From an uncultured Alphaproteobacteria bacterium (lineage in GTDB: Bacteria > Pseudomonadota > Alphaproteobacteria > MPNO01 > DASWLB01): a stretch of DNA of 64,000 nt. Both the position numbers and the translations under genes were made by a program. The notes under the pieces were generated by a model. It was not told the DNA's origin. It searched no databases and was given only the letters and a program-made list of their open reading frames with translations. The DNA is taken from assembly GCA_963817535.1 (NCBI GenBank), contig CAWFOW010000001.1, positions 28,225-92,224 of the forward strand. The letters run 5' to 3'. Shown here in pieces: positions 18,955 through 27,354 of this stretch (position 1 is its first letter; every line of letters begins with the position of its first letter).

Positions 18955-19905
18955 ATGACCGAGGGTGACGGACGCAATCCCACCGGATATGCGGGCAACC
19001 TGGACGATCCTTCCGCTCACAGGATCGCGTCAGGCGAGATCGAGGCTGTCTTTCTGCCCCGTCACGGCATGCTCGGCGCCTCGCTCCGCCACCGGGGCGC
19101 GGAGCTGCTCGGGCGCATCGAGGATCTGAAGGCGATGGCGGCAAAGGGCAGCGCCGCCGGGATCCCGCTGCTACACCCCTGGGCGAACCGGCTCGCCGGC
19201 TTCCGCTATCGCGCGGCGGATCGGGACGTGACGCTGGCGCCGTCGTCGCCGCTGCTGCATCTCGACGAGAACGGGCTTTCGATCCACGGCGTGCCGTGGT
19301 CGCACCTCGCCTGGCAGGTGAGCGACGCGCGGCCCGACGGGATCGCCGCGCGGCTGGACTGGGACAGCGACGAACGGCTCGCGATCTTTCCGTTCCGCCA
19401 CAGCCTCGAGATGACGGCGACGGTGAAGCCTGACGGGCTCACCGTCGAGACCACGCTTCTCGCGGGGCCCGACGCGCCGGTGCCGGTGAGCTTCGGCTTC
19501 CACCCCTATTTCCAGCTTCCGAACGTGCCGCGCGACGAATGGCGGCTGACCCTTCCCGCCATGCGGCGTCTCGCGCTCGACGGGCACCAGATTCCAACCG
19601 GGGAGGAGGTGCCATTTCCCGGCATGGACGGCCCGCTCGGCACGCTCACCTTCGATGACGGGTTCGCCATGACGCGCGAGACCGGCGCGTTCTCCCTCGC
19701 CGGCGGCGGGCGACGCATCACGGTCGAGCTTCTGGAAGGCTATCGCTACGCGCAGGTCTTCGCACCGAAAGTGACAGATGTCGTCGCGCTCGAGCCGATG
19801 ACAGCGCCGGCCAACGCCCTGGCCAGCGGCACGGGCCTTCAGGTCGTACCGCCGGGCGGCCGTTACAAGGCGTCATTCCGGGTCGGGATCGACGCGGTAT
19901 CCTGA
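18955..19905 (+). CDS. Aldose 1-epimerase family protein
   Basis: LHPWANR, IHG, FGFHPYF, FDDGF, ALEPMT. Confidence 0.85.
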   Translation: MTEGDGRNPTGYAGNLDDPSAHRIASGEIEAVFLPRHGMLGASLRHRGAELLGRIEDLKAMAAKGSAAGIPLLHPWANRLAGFRYRAADRDVTLAPSSPLLHLDENGLSIHGVPWSHLAWQVSDARPDGIAARLDWDSDERLAIFPFRHSLEMTATVKPDGLTVETTLLAGPDAPVPVSFGFHPYFQLPNVPRDEWRLTLPAMRRLALDGHQIPTGEEVPFPGMDGPLGTLTFDDGFAMTRETGAFSLAGGGRRITVELLEGYRYAQVFAPKVTDVVALEPMTAPANALASGTGLQVVPPGGRYKASFRVGIDAVS

Positions 19906-19945
19906 CGCGCGCGCCGCGACCTGCCGCCCATGACGGCATCGCGCG

Positions 19946-19979
19946 AAAAAGAAACCCCCTCCGCCCGGGGCGGAGGGGG
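19946..19979 (-). terminator. Rho-independent terminator between convergent genes
   Basis: CCCCCTCCGCC/GGCGGAGGGGG stem followed on the minus strand by TTTCTTTTT. Confidence 0.75.
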
Positions 19980-20008
19980 CCTTCCGAGCCAGCAAGTGGC
20001 GTCGATCG

Positions 20009-21046
20009 CTACATGCTCTTGGCGCGATATTCCGCGCTCAGCTTCTTCGCGGCGTCGTAGAGCGCCTGGCGGTGCGCCTTGTCCTCGTCGATCCAGCCCT
20101 GCTGGATGTGCTTGAACTTCGGCTCCCAGACCTTTTCGATCTCCTCGTCGCTCGGGCGCAGCACCGGGTGGTCCTTGCCGAGCTGGGCGCGCAGCTGCGC
20201 GCCTTCGTTGGCCCAGTACTTGCCGAACGCCATCGACAGCTTGAAGCCGCTGTTCTTTTCGATGGCGTCCTTCGCCTTCTGCGGCAGGCCGTCATAGACC
20301 TTGCGGTTGAAGGCGTTGAAGAAGGAGCGCACGCCGAAGGGCAGATCCACGTCGCCCTTGATCAGCGGCGTGATGCGGAACGAGTTGAGCGCCGACCAGC
20401 CGTTGAGCGTCCCCGCGATCAGATGGCGGTGCAGCGACTCGGCCACCTGCGTGATCGCGATGGCGACCGGCACGCCGCCGACCAGCTTGATCACGTCGGC
20501 CTCGCCCGGTCCGGCCGTTCGGATCTTGAGGCCCTTGATGTCGTCGAACGTCTTGATTGGCACGTTGAAGTGCAGGCCGGAATTGTCGTTGGTATAGACG
20601 GCGACGACCTTCACATGGTCGAGCCCGCCGATCATGCCCTTCTCATGCAGCTTCCAGGCCACGTAGGCCGCCTCGTCCGAGCCCGGGCCACGGAACATGA
20701 AGGGCAGCGAGAACAATCCGAAATCGGGGAACAGCTTCTCGGTGTAGGAGGTGACGATTGTCGCCGCGTCCTGCAGCCCGTTGATCAGCGCCTCGTACTG
20801 CTTCGGGTAGGAGCGGACCAGCGAGCCGCCGTGGAAGGCCTGGACGTCCAGCGTTCCGTCGCTGTCCTTCTCCATCGCGTCGATCCAGGGATCGTAGATA
20901 TCCTTCACCTGGCTCGATGCGGCCGGCGCGGTGGAGCCCATCTTGATCACGACGGGGCCGGCCGCCCTGGCGGTGACGGCGCCTCCCATGGCGGTCATGG
21001 CGATGACGGCGGCGCCCAGCGCGCCGATGCGGATACGATTAGGCAA
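20009..21046 (-). CDS. dctP: TRAP transporter substrate-binding protein (DctP family)
   Basis: Signal peptide; GGSL, DDIKGLKIRT, GGVPV, NRKVYDGLP. Confidence 0.8.
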   Translation of the reverse strand: MPNRIRIGALGAAVIAMTAMGGAVTARAAGPVVIKMGSTAPAASSQVKDIYDPWIDAMEKDSDGTLDVQAFHGGSLVRSYPKQYEALINGLQDAATIVTSYTEKLFPDFGLFSLPFMFRGPGSDEAAYVAWKLHEKGMIGGLDHVKVVAVYTNDNSGLHFNVPIKTFDDIKGLKIRTAGPGEADVIKLVGGVPVAIAITQVAESLHRHLIAGTLNGWSALNSFRITPLIKGDVDLPFGVRSFFNAFNRKVYDGLPQKAKDAIEKNSGFKLSMAFGKYWANEGAQLRAQLGKDHPVLRPSDEEIEKVWEPKFKHIQQGWIDEDKAHRQALYDAAKKLSAEYRAKSM

Positions 21047-21142
21047 TGCCGTTCTCCCAGCTTATGACGGGTCGGACATTTTGCCGCACCCGACAATTTT
21101 ACATGGCCATCTTGGCATTGCGCCCTCGCCCGGGCAACGGCC

Positions 21143-21451
21143 TCAGTGCGGGTCTTCCGGCGGCTTACCGGCGGCGTGGAACTCTACGAAGAACCGCACC
21201 GGTCCCAGAGGCTCGACCTCATGCGGCGCCTCCGGCCGGACGATGCCGGCAACGCCGGGCATCAGCACCTGCTCGTCACGCGGGTCGAGACGGCGATAGA
21301 TGAGGCGCCCCTCCAGAACATGGATGACCGCCCAGACGCCTTCCTTCGTCCGATGCTCGAGGCGCAGCCCGGCGGGAACGCTGTCCTGGTCGAATACCGG
21401 CGTGCGTCGGTAGGCGGTCAGCCCTTCGGGCAGGATGTCGGGCGTTGCCAT
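21143..21451 (-). CDS. DUF1971 / TehB N-terminal-like small protein
   Basis: YRRTPVF...PAGL..EHRTKEGVW...PHEVEP...FFVEF. Confidence 0.75.
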   Translation of the reverse strand: MATPDILPEGLTAYRRTPVFDQDSVPAGLRLEHRTKEGVWAVIHVLEGRLIYRRLDPRDEQVLMPGVAGIVRPEAPHEVEPLGPVRFFVEFHAAGKPPEDPH

Positions 21452-21453
21452 GG

Positions 21454-22320
21454 TCAGGGGCGGCCGGTTACGCGCCGCACGTAGGTTTCGGTCACCAGCC
21501 GCTCGACCTGGCGGATGCTGGCCAGGTTGGGGTCCGCGCAAATCCAGGCGCGGATCGCCGCGACGTCCTCGGCGCCGAGATGCTGGTTGGCGGCCAGCGT
21601 CCCCGCGACCTCGAGCAGTACGTCCTGCGCGGGGGCGCCGAACTCATAGGGCATCAGCCGGTCGATCAGCGCCTCGTCCAGCAGGTCGATCCGGTTGGTG
21701 GTCAGCACGACCGCGGTGTGCGACGTATCGAGCTCATCGATGGCGTGGAAGAACACCGAGTTCTGGCTGAAATGCCATTCGCGCGCCGCGCCGGCGCTGC
21801 GCGCCATGAACAGGGATTCGACGTCGTCGAACAGCAGGATGGTACGCCGCATCGCGTCGCCCTCGTGCCGGTGGCCGTGGCCCGAGCCGAAGCGGTGGCT
21901 GTGCGTCTCGCCCTCGCGCGCGTACTCGAACAGGTCGGCAAGGCGTTCCTCGCTGTCGCCGTAGCGCCCGCGCGCAATGTCGGCGCCATCGACCAGCACG
22001 AGCACGACCTCGTTCTCCGCGTCCTCGCGGTCGGTCGCGAACATGCGGCCAAGCTCGTAGGTGATGCGCTTGGCCATGGTGGTCTTGCCGACCCCGACCG
22101 CGCCGTGGAACAGGAAGCCCTTCACGGCACTGTCCTGGATGTGCTCGCGCCACTGGTGGCCGATCAGGCGCACCGTCTCGTCCAGGATGCGGCCGTAGCT
22201 TTCGCCGGCCATTTCGCGGGCGACGCGGCCGCGCCGCGTTGCGCCGGGCGCCTCGATGAATTCGCCGAACGTGCCTTGCAGCCGGTCCCAGTCGTACAGA
22301 TTGACGTCGATGTCGCGCAC
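21454..22320 (-). CDS. Stand-alone AAA+ ATPase
   Basis: Walker A GAVGVGKT, Walker B LLFDDVE, second region of homology LTTNR..LLDEALIDR. Confidence 0.85.
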   Translation of the reverse strand: MRDIDVNLYDWDRLQGTFGEFIEAPGATRRGRVAREMAGESYGRILDETVRLIGHQWREHIQDSAVKGFLFHGAVGVGKTTMAKRITYELGRMFATDREDAENEVVLVLVDGADIARGRYGDSEERLADLFEYAREGETHSHRFGSGHGHRHEGDAMRRTILLFDDVESLFMARSAGAAREWHFSQNSVFFHAIDELDTSHTAVVLTTNRIDLLDEALIDRLMPYEFGAPAQDVLLEVAGTLAANQHLGAEDVAAIRAWICADPNLASIRQVERLVTETYVRRVTGRP

Positions 22321-22322
22321 GC

Positions 22323-22856
22323 TCAGTCCTCGGGCGCCTTCTCGACCTGCTCGAAGACGGAGCCGCGGTCGAGACCGAGAAGATCGGCGAGGTTGAGGTC
22401 CGCCTGGATCAGCACGACCTTCTCGAGCGGGTCGAGATTCACGTGCTGCACGTCGACGCCTTCCGACCGGATCGGGACGTTGACCACGTCTTCCGCCTCC
22501 CAGTCGTGGCGCACGTCATCCAGCATCGTGTAGCCGCGACCTTCGATGATGTAGATGATCGCGCCGCCGGGCGTGCGCTGCACGCCGCTTTTGGATCCGG
22601 GCGCGATCTCTTGGCGGAAGAACATCATCGAGCGGATGGCCGTGCCCTCGATCGCGGGGTGCAGGTACCACTGCATGCGGCCCTGGTCGTTCTTCTCCCA
22701 GGGCAGGTCCTTGCCCTTGATGATCCAGGCGCCGTCGCGCTGCAGCCTGCGCTGGCGGTCCCGCAGCGCGTAAAGCCAGTCGAGCAGGTTGTCCGACCGG
22801 TCTGCGGGTGCAGCGCCCAGCGGTGCCAGGGGCGTACGGCGATCGTCGTCGCTCAC
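22323..22856 (-). CDS. Cupin-domain protein lacking the HxH metal motif
   Basis: GTG 22856 overlaps the upstream stop; SGVQRTPGGAIIYIIEGRGY...WEAEDVVNVP. Confidence 0.75.
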   Translation of the reverse strand: MSDDDRRTPLAPLGAAPADRSDNLLDWLYALRDRQRRLQRDGAWIIKGKDLPWEKNDQGRMQWYLHPAIEGTAIRSMMFFRQEIAPGSKSGVQRTPGGAIIYIIEGRGYTMLDDVRHDWEAEDVVNVPIRSEGVDVQHVNLDPLEKVVLIQADLNLADLLGLDRGSVFEQVEKAPED

Positions 22857-23377
22857 CGGCGGGGCCCCCGGCGGCCGGCGCGGAATTCCGGGTGCTGCTC
22901 GATCTGCACCATCTCGCTCGCGCCCCACTCGTAGATCGCCGTGTGGATGAAGGCGATCCACTTCACCGGCTTGTCCTCGTACTTGTTGAAGTGCTGGTGC
23001 TCGACGCCACCGGGCTTGATCGGCAGCAGCATCAGGTCGCCCGCTTCCCATTCCAGCCGCTCGCCGTCGACGATCGAGTGGCCCTCGCCCTCCAGGATGT
23101 AGATCACCAGCCCGCCCTGGTGGCGGTGCTTGCCGGAATGGACCTTCACCTCCTGGACGAACACGATCCAGCCGTCGAGCGCGGTGTCGACCTTCAGGCC
23201 GGTGTAGCACGAGGGCTGCATGTAGTTGCGCACCAGCCCCTGGCGGCTCATCTCCCACGGGTTGCCCTTGCCACGGATGATGACCTGGCCGGTGAAGGAA
23301 CGGTCGCGGTCGGTCCGCTGCGCGGCAATGATCTGCTCGTAGAACTCGCGTTCGCGAAGCCGGCTTCGCTCGCGCAT
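22853..23377 (-). CDS. Cupin-domain protein resembling one half of a gentisate 1,2-dioxygenase, with His triad
   Basis: SGKHRHQGG.VIYILEGEG...WEAGDLMLLP...EHQHFN. Confidence 0.8.
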   Translation of the reverse strand: MRERSRLREREFYEQIIAAQRTDRDRSFTGQVIIRGKGNPWEMSRQGLVRNYMQPSCYTGLKVDTALDGWIVFVQEVKVHSGKHRHQGGLVIYILEGEGHSIVDGERLEWEAGDLMLLPIKPGGVEHQHFNKYEDKPVKWIAFIHTAIYEWGASEMVQIEQHPEFRAGRRGPRR

Positions 23378-23521
23378 GAAGCACCTCGTTGCTGACGCGC
23401 CGCGATGATAGCAGCGGCCCCGGAGACTTGAAACGGTCGTTCTGGACGCGTCGATGCACGCCCTGTAGCGTCGGGACAGAGCTGGCTGCCGTGGCCGGCC
23501 GGGAGAAGGGAACCTCGGAAG

Positions 23522-24457
23522 ATGGCCAGCGCCGCGCCGCACCGCATCGACGTGCACCACCATTTCGTGCCGCCCGCCTACAAGGCGGAGATGAACAAGA
23601 AGCGCCCGATGCAGCCCTGCATGCAGGAATGGACCGTGCAGGGCTCGGTCGCCGACATGGACAAGGCCGGTACCGCGACCGCAATGGTGTCGATCACCAC
23701 GCCCGGCATCCATTTCGGCAACGCCGAAGAAGCGCGGCGTCTCACCCGGATCTGCAACGACTATGCGATGGAGATGATCCGCGACTATCCAGGCCGGTTC
23801 GGGCTGTTTGCGGCGCTGCCCTGGCCGGATGTCGACGGCTCGCTCAAGGAGATCGCGCACGCGCTCGACGTGCTGAAAGCCGACGGCATCGGCATGTATA
23901 CGAGCTATGGCAACACCTGGCTCGGCCATTCCAGCTTCGCGCCCTTGTTCGAGGAGCTGAACCGGCGCAAGGCGGTCGTCTACACCCATCCGGTCTGCGC
24001 ACCTTGCGTGCGCGACGTCATCCCGGAAATCAACGAGTCGGTGATCGAGTACGGCACCGACACGACGCGCGCGATCGCCAGCCTGATCGCCACCGGCAGC
24101 GCGGCGCGCTATCCGGACATCACCTGGATCTTTTCGCATGCGGGCGGCACGATGCCGTTCCTGATCGAGCGCATGGTCAGCCTGTCAAAGGTTCCCGCCG
24201 TCGCCCGCAACCTGCCGCACGGGCTGATGCACGAGCTGCAGCGCTTCTATTACGACACCGCCCAGGCGGCGAACCCGTCGGCCCTCGGCTGCCTGAAATC
24301 CGTCGTGCCAGTCTCGCAGGTCGTGTTCGGCACCGACTATCCCTACCGTCAGTCCATCGAGCACGTCGAAGGCATTGCGCGCTGTGATTTCAGCGCCGAG
24401 GAGCGGCGCATGATCGACCGGGCCAACGCCTTGCGCATCCTGCCGAAGCTCGGCTAG
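23522..24457 (+). CDS. Amidohydrolase_2 family (ACMSD-like decarboxylase/hydratase)
   Basis: IDVHHH, YTHP, SHAGG, YYDTA, FGTDYP. Confidence 0.88.
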   Translation: MASAAPHRIDVHHHFVPPAYKAEMNKKRPMQPCMQEWTVQGSVADMDKAGTATAMVSITTPGIHFGNAEEARRLTRICNDYAMEMIRDYPGRFGLFAALPWPDVDGSLKEIAHALDVLKADGIGMYTSYGNTWLGHSSFAPLFEELNRRKAVVYTHPVCAPCVRDVIPEINESVIEYGTDTTRAIASLIATGSAARYPDITWIFSHAGGTMPFLIERMVSLSKVPAVARNLPHGLMHELQRFYYDTAQAANPSALGCLKSVVPVSQVVFGTDYPYRQSIEHVEGIARCDFSAEERRMIDRANALRILPKLG

Positions 24458-24485
24458 CTTCGACGGGTCGAAACCAACCCGACGG

Positions 24486-25031
24486 ATGGTAGACATGGAC
24501 CACGAAACCGACAGCGCAACGCTCGCAGAGACGCCCGACGCGAAGATGGATGGGCCGCGCGAGCCGCTCAACCGGCCGGTGATCCTGTCGCACGGGACGA
24601 TCACCTGCCGCGATCTCGAAGCCTCGCGCCGCTTCTATGAGGAGTTCCTGGGGTTCGACGTCGTGCAGCACACCGAGCGCGGGGTTCTGCTGCGCAAGGG
24701 TGGCTATTGCGCGATCGTGTGTCTCGAGGTGGGCGACCACGTGAAGCCCGTCGACCGGCAGCACCATTGGGGCCTCGACCTCGCGTCGCGCGAGGATGTC
24801 GACCGCGCCCTCGAGCTGGCCCATGAGTGGAAGGACCATTACGACATCCGCCAGATCTCGCGGATCACCACGCATCACGGCGGCTATTCGTTCTACTTCC
24901 GCGACCGCGACGACAATTACTGGGAATTCCAGTACAACGGCGGCGGTCAGGATAGCGGCGACGGCGAGTACGACCGCTACTTCGCCCGCGGCGACGTGAC
25001 CACCAAGAACCGGTTCGAAGAAAAGACCTAG
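24486..25031 (+). CDS. VOC (glyoxalase/extradiol dioxygenase-fold) protein
   Basis: SHGT, FYEEFLG, HWG, YSFYFRDRDDNYWE. Confidence 0.8.
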   Translation: MVDMDHETDSATLAETPDAKMDGPREPLNRPVILSHGTITCRDLEASRRFYEEFLGFDVVQHTERGVLLRKGGYCAIVCLEVGDHVKPVDRQHHWGLDLASREDVDRALELAHEWKDHYDIRQISRITTHHGGYSFYFRDRDDNYWEFQYNGGGQDSGDGEYDRYFARGDVTTKNRFEEKT

Positions 25032-25044
25032 CGGAAGTGTTCCG

Positions 25045-27279
25045 TCAGGCGGCGGCCGACATGCCTGGGTCGAACCTGCGGGCAGCGGGGAAGTGCAGCG
25101 TGACCTCGGTCCCGGCGCCGGGTGTGCTGTCGATGTCGACGCTACCGTCGTGCAGCGTGATGAACCGCGTGACCAGATAGAGGCCGAGGCCGGTGCCCTC
25201 ATGGGTGCGCGAGAGCGTGCCGTCCACCTGATAGAAGGGCTCGCCGAGCCGCGGCAGGTGCTCCGCAGCGATGCCGACGCCCGTGTCGCGGACGCTGGCC
25301 GCGAGCCCGCCATTGCCTTCGGGTGAGATCGTGACGGTGACGGACCCGCCCTCGGGCGTGAACTTGACGGCATTGGACAGGAGATTCAGCAGGCTCTGCT
25401 TGACCATGCGCTGGTCCCCCGTGAGGCGCGCCTTTCCGGCAGGCGGGGCCTCCAGCCTCATCCGGATGCCGCGCGCGTCGGCACGCCCGGCCACGATGCG
25501 CATGCAGGATTCGGCGATGCGCGTCAGGTCGATCGCCTCCTCGCTGATCTCGAGCTTGCCCGCCTCGATCTTGGAAACGTCGAGAATGTCGTTGACCAGA
25601 TCGCGCAGATGCTCGCCGCTGGCATGGATGTCCTTCGCGTAGTCGAGATAGTGCCGATCGCCGACCGGGCCGAACACCTGCTCGCACAGCATCTCCGAGA
25701 ATCCGATGATCGCATTCAGCGGCGTGCGCAGCTCGTGGCTCATGTTCGTCAGAAACTCGGACTTGGCGCGGCTCGCCGCCATTGCCTCGTCGGTCGCGGC
25801 GACCTGCGCCGCCAGTGCCCGCCGGCGCTCGCTTACGTCGCGGAAGGTGAAGATCAGGATGCGGCGGGGTTCCTGCACGGACCGGCGCCGGCCGCGGGCT
25901 TGCCGGACGGTCGAGGTCGACACCACCAGCTCGACGGCGAGGGGCGAGCCCCCCTCTTCGCCGAGCTCGATCTCCCACGGCGCGTCGAAGCGGTCCGGGA
26001 TTTCGCCGCGGGTGGCGAGGGTGGCGCCGAGCTCCGCGGGCAGCGGCAGCACCGAGGCGATGTGCAGGCCAGCGACGTCGTCGGGCGACCGGCCCAGCAT
26101 GCGGCCCGCACTGGCGTTGAACATCTCGACAATGCCGCGCTCGTCGGTGATCGCGATGCCGTCGAATGAGTCCTCGACGACGCCGCGCAGCATGGCGCCC
26201 TTCGAAAGAACCTCCATTCCCTGCAGGAACAGCTCGCGCGCCTGGCGTTCCAGCTCGCCGACCAGGTTGACGGCGAAGCCGAACAGGGCCGTCAGGATCC
26301 AGGGCGTCACCGCCACGCTGACCGGCCAGCGCGCCTGCACCGCCAGCGCCGAGGCGAAGGATCCGGCCGCGACGACCAGCACCGCGGCCGCGCCCCAGCG
26401 CCATGAGCGCCGGGTAAACAATGGTCCGAGCGCGAGCGCAAGGACGAGGGCGACGCCCAGCACCGCCCAGCGCTGCACGCCGTGGATGGCTCGGCCCTGG
26501 ACGATGAACTCGTAGGCCAGCCCCTGGACCAGCGGGCCCGGCAGCGAGCGGTAGATCGGCACGGCGAGGCGGTCGCCGAGCTCGACCGCCGTCGCGCCGA
26601 CAATGACGGTCTTGCCTGCGATCGCCGCCGGGTCGAACCGGCCGGCGAGCACGTCGGCAAAGGACAGCGTTGGAATTGTCGAAGCGGCAATTCCATAGTC
26701 GATGAGGAACGGTCCGCCTTCACCCGACGTCCCCGCGAGCGCGGCGGCGAGGCTCGGGTAGTCCGTCCCTTCGATGTACTCGCCCATGAGCGCCCGGCGC
26801 ACCAGCCCGTCCGGTTCGGGCCGCACCGTGACGGAGGCGAGGCGCGCCTTGGCGCCGATCGCCGGGCGCGGGCGGGTGACATGCATCGGCCCGCCGTCGC
26901 GCGCCGGACCCGTCGCGGTCTGGCGGAACAGCGGCAGGACGATACGGCTGCCTGCGGCCGCGATCGCCTCGGCCAGCGCCAGGTCGTTCGGCGCGGTCGA
27001 GCGCGACGAAAAGTCGATGTCGAGCGCTATTGTGCGGGCGCCCGCGGCGACAAGCTTCTGCAGCATCTGGGCGTGCAGGGTGCGCGGCCAGGGCCAACGG
27101 TCCAGCTCGGCGAGGCTCTTGGGATCGATTGCGACGACCACGAGGCCGCCGGTCGCGGGCCGCTGCAACATGCGGAACCGCGTGTCCACCAGCTCGTGCT
27201 CGACGGGGTTCGTCGCGCCCGTCAGGTAGAGAAAGGCAGCGGCGCCGAACGCGATCAGGGAGCGGATAAACCACGTCAT
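25045..27279 (-). CDS. CHASE2-PAS sensor histidine kinase
   Basis: CHASE2 WPWPR and DIDF; three TM segments; PAS; SHELRTPL H-box; NAVKF, DTGVG, GTGLGL. Confidence 0.9.
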   Translation of the reverse strand: MTWFIRSLIAFGAAAFLYLTGATNPVEHELVDTRFRMLQRPATGGLVVVAIDPKSLAELDRWPWPRTLHAQMLQKLVAAGARTIALDIDFSSRSTAPNDLALAEAIAAAGSRIVLPLFRQTATGPARDGGPMHVTRPRPAIGAKARLASVTVRPEPDGLVRRALMGEYIEGTDYPSLAAALAGTSGEGGPFLIDYGIAASTIPTLSFADVLAGRFDPAAIAGKTVIVGATAVELGDRLAVPIYRSLPGPLVQGLAYEFIVQGRAIHGVQRWAVLGVALVLALALGPLFTRRSWRWGAAAVLVVAAGSFASALAVQARWPVSVAVTPWILTALFGFAVNLVGELERQARELFLQGMEVLSKGAMLRGVVEDSFDGIAITDERGIVEMFNASAGRMLGRSPDDVAGLHIASVLPLPAELGATLATRGEIPDRFDAPWEIELGEEGGSPLAVELVVSTSTVRQARGRRRSVQEPRRILIFTFRDVSERRRALAAQVAATDEAMAASRAKSEFLTNMSHELRTPLNAIIGFSEMLCEQVFGPVGDRHYLDYAKDIHASGEHLRDLVNDILDVSKIEAGKLEISEEAIDLTRIAESCMRIVAGRADARGIRMRLEAPPAGKARLTGDQRMVKQSLLNLLSNAVKFTPEGGSVTVTISPEGNGGLAASVRDTGVGIAAEHLPRLGEPFYQVDGTLSRTHEGTGLGLYLVTRFITLHDGSVDIDSTPGAGTEVTLHFPAARRFDPGMSAAA

Positions 27280-27354
27280 CTTCGTGCCCCGAGTCTTAAC
27301 TTGTTCCCGTCGCGCCGCAGCCGCGAACCTGAACCGAATTGCTTTCGGTTCGAT

